Below are positions 62,311 through 64,000 of a stretch of DNA of 64,000 bases, in pieces (positions within the stretch are counted from its first letter, which is position 1; every line of letters starts with the position of its first letter). The stretch is taken from positions 6,316,699 to 6,380,698 of the forward strand of contig CM082581.2 in assembly GCA_040954595.2 (NCBI GenBank), in the 5' to 3' direction. The notes under the pieces are model-generated. The model ran no database searches. It was given only the letters and a program-made list of their open reading frames with translations, and was not told the DNA's origin. Origin of the DNA: Balanoglossus misakiensis. Its lineage: Eukaryota > Animalia > Hemichordata. The position numbers and the translations under genes are program-made.

Positions 62311-63998
62311 ATGGCCGGCAGCGAAGGGTGCGATGCCTACGACTACGTGATCGTCGGTGCTGGTAGCGCGGGTTGTGTTCTCGCCAACCGTTTGTCTGAA
62401 GAAGGCAACACGACGGTTCTGCTCATAGAGGCTGGCCCCGAAGACACCAAGCCAGAAATTCACGTCCCCGTCCAGCAGAGGTCTACCTTGCTGTCTGAAG
62501 TTGATTGGCAATACAAGGTAAAACTTCCTGTAGATCTCGCGTTCCCACACAGAAGCACATAACGTGCTGTAACGATTTCTGTCCGTCTGACCGTCCGTGT
62601 ATCTGCCCGCGTGTCAATCAGTCTGTCTATCTGTCTCTCTGCCTGTGTACCTGTCTGCCTGTGTACCTGTCTGTCTATCTGTCTGTCTGCCTGATCGTCT
62701 CACCGATACCTCAAGGAGAGCCGACAAGACGTTAAGATGTCTCTCATGATTTATCACCAATGCTTTGTTCGCTGAAAGCAGAACAAGGTGAACTTTTCTT
62801 TTTAAAAGAAGGAAAGTACAGTTCACTTGGTCGTACTACATGCATATTGTGAAAGTCAATACTCTCATTTTTACAGACAGCTCCACAGAAGCATGCGTGT
62901 TTTGCTTTGAGAGATCACCGAGCTAACTTTCACAGAGGAAAGGTAAGTCCGATACGATATTACGTTTGGTCTGAAAATCTCCCTGAGAATCCAAGCCTTG
63001 TACACTATAGCAATGGCCAAAGTTGTAAAATACGATTCACTTATAGTTGGTGGGGCCCGTTCAACCCTGAGATTTCGTCGGATGGTCGATCTGTAAAAGT
63101 CGCACACGTCTTCTGCAGGTCCTTGGAGGTTCCAGCAGCATCAACGCTCTGCAGTATGTGAGGGGCTGCAAGGAAGATTTCGATTCCTGGGCAAGACTTG
63201 GAGCTAAAGGATGGAGCTATGATGAAGTGCTGCCGTACTTTTTGAAATCCGAAAACAATACCAGGTGAGTTGTGCCGTAAGGAACTAGAATGCAGTTTTT
63301 TTTTGCATTTCTAACTCATCCAAAATGATGTTTTACAAAATGACACTTGTCTTCTGTTAGGATTTCGTCTGTCTATTAGGCCCGTCACTTTCCATATAAG
63401 AATCACAGCCTTATGCAAAAAATGTACTTCCAATTTGACAATGGGTTTCTTGTTTTCGCAGGGAGGAATATGCAGAAAGCGAATACCATTCTAAGGGAGG
63501 GTATCTTACCGTATCTGACCTTTCACCTACTTGCAAAACCAGCGAGCTCCTACTGGAAGGAGGTACAGTCTAATGATACTATAGCATTGCGCCACGAAGC
63601 TAATTATTTTGATTACTCAGCGACCGTATTCAAAATTGCTGTCAAAGATTTCGTAGTGTTATGTCGCCTATGCAACATGTCTGTCCTTTAAAGTCGTAAT
63701 ATTTTGACTAAATGTATATTTTGGTTTATACACCTCTTGCTTTGACTTGTATATAGTCTAAGTATAGGGGATTACGTAGGCTGATATGCAAATTTTCATG
63801 GAAATTATTTTCAAGCATTTTTATATGTCCGATTTCCTTTTACGTCTTAAATACTAGACGCAACAGTTGCCATGGATCAGTGCCCTATTGTTTTAAAACA
63901 AGACGTTGACTGCTTAAGTAAGGCTTGTGTTATGTTTTCTTTACTCAGCTAAGGAACTGGGGTTCAAGCTAAATGACGTCAACAATTGTATTGATCCG
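62311..63998 (+). CDS. GMC oxidoreductase 9 (exons 1-5; continues beyond window)
   Basis: [26 protein letters not shown]|[16 protein letters not shown]; the exon 5 donor is at the last bases of the window. Confidence 0.9.
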
Positions 63999-64000
63999 GT

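Overview
Eukaryotic, intron-rich, AT-rich animal DNA; a marine invertebrate is likely, but that is inference only. The window holds three things. (1) Two tandem minus-strand paralogues of a His-rich multi-pass membrane protein (1333-3367, 4504-6822), each built from a tiny first coding exon plus one GC-rich exon of about 1.4 kb; from recall they resemble an uncharacterised bacterial family. (2) A divergently transcribed tandem array of nine GMC (glucose-methanol-choline) flavin oxidoreductase genes on a 15-exon plan (7791 to window end), with conserved catalytic His/Asn but variable substrate-pocket residues. GMC5 carries the SSHNS covalent-FAD motif, GMC3 has a frame-preserving internal deletion, GMC6/7 are a recent duplication, and there are apparent gene-conversion tracts. 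(3) Nested between GMC2 and GMC3, a 5-exon secreted BRICHOS precursor predicted to release a 16-residue four-cysteine peptide (GCKLACFLIFCAWKCD) after a KR site, the architecture of arenicin/alvinellacin-type antimicrobial peptides. Non-autonomous DNA transposons and microsatellites are also present. Gene models were assembled by eye from GT-AG sites and paralogue comparison; no database search was possible.
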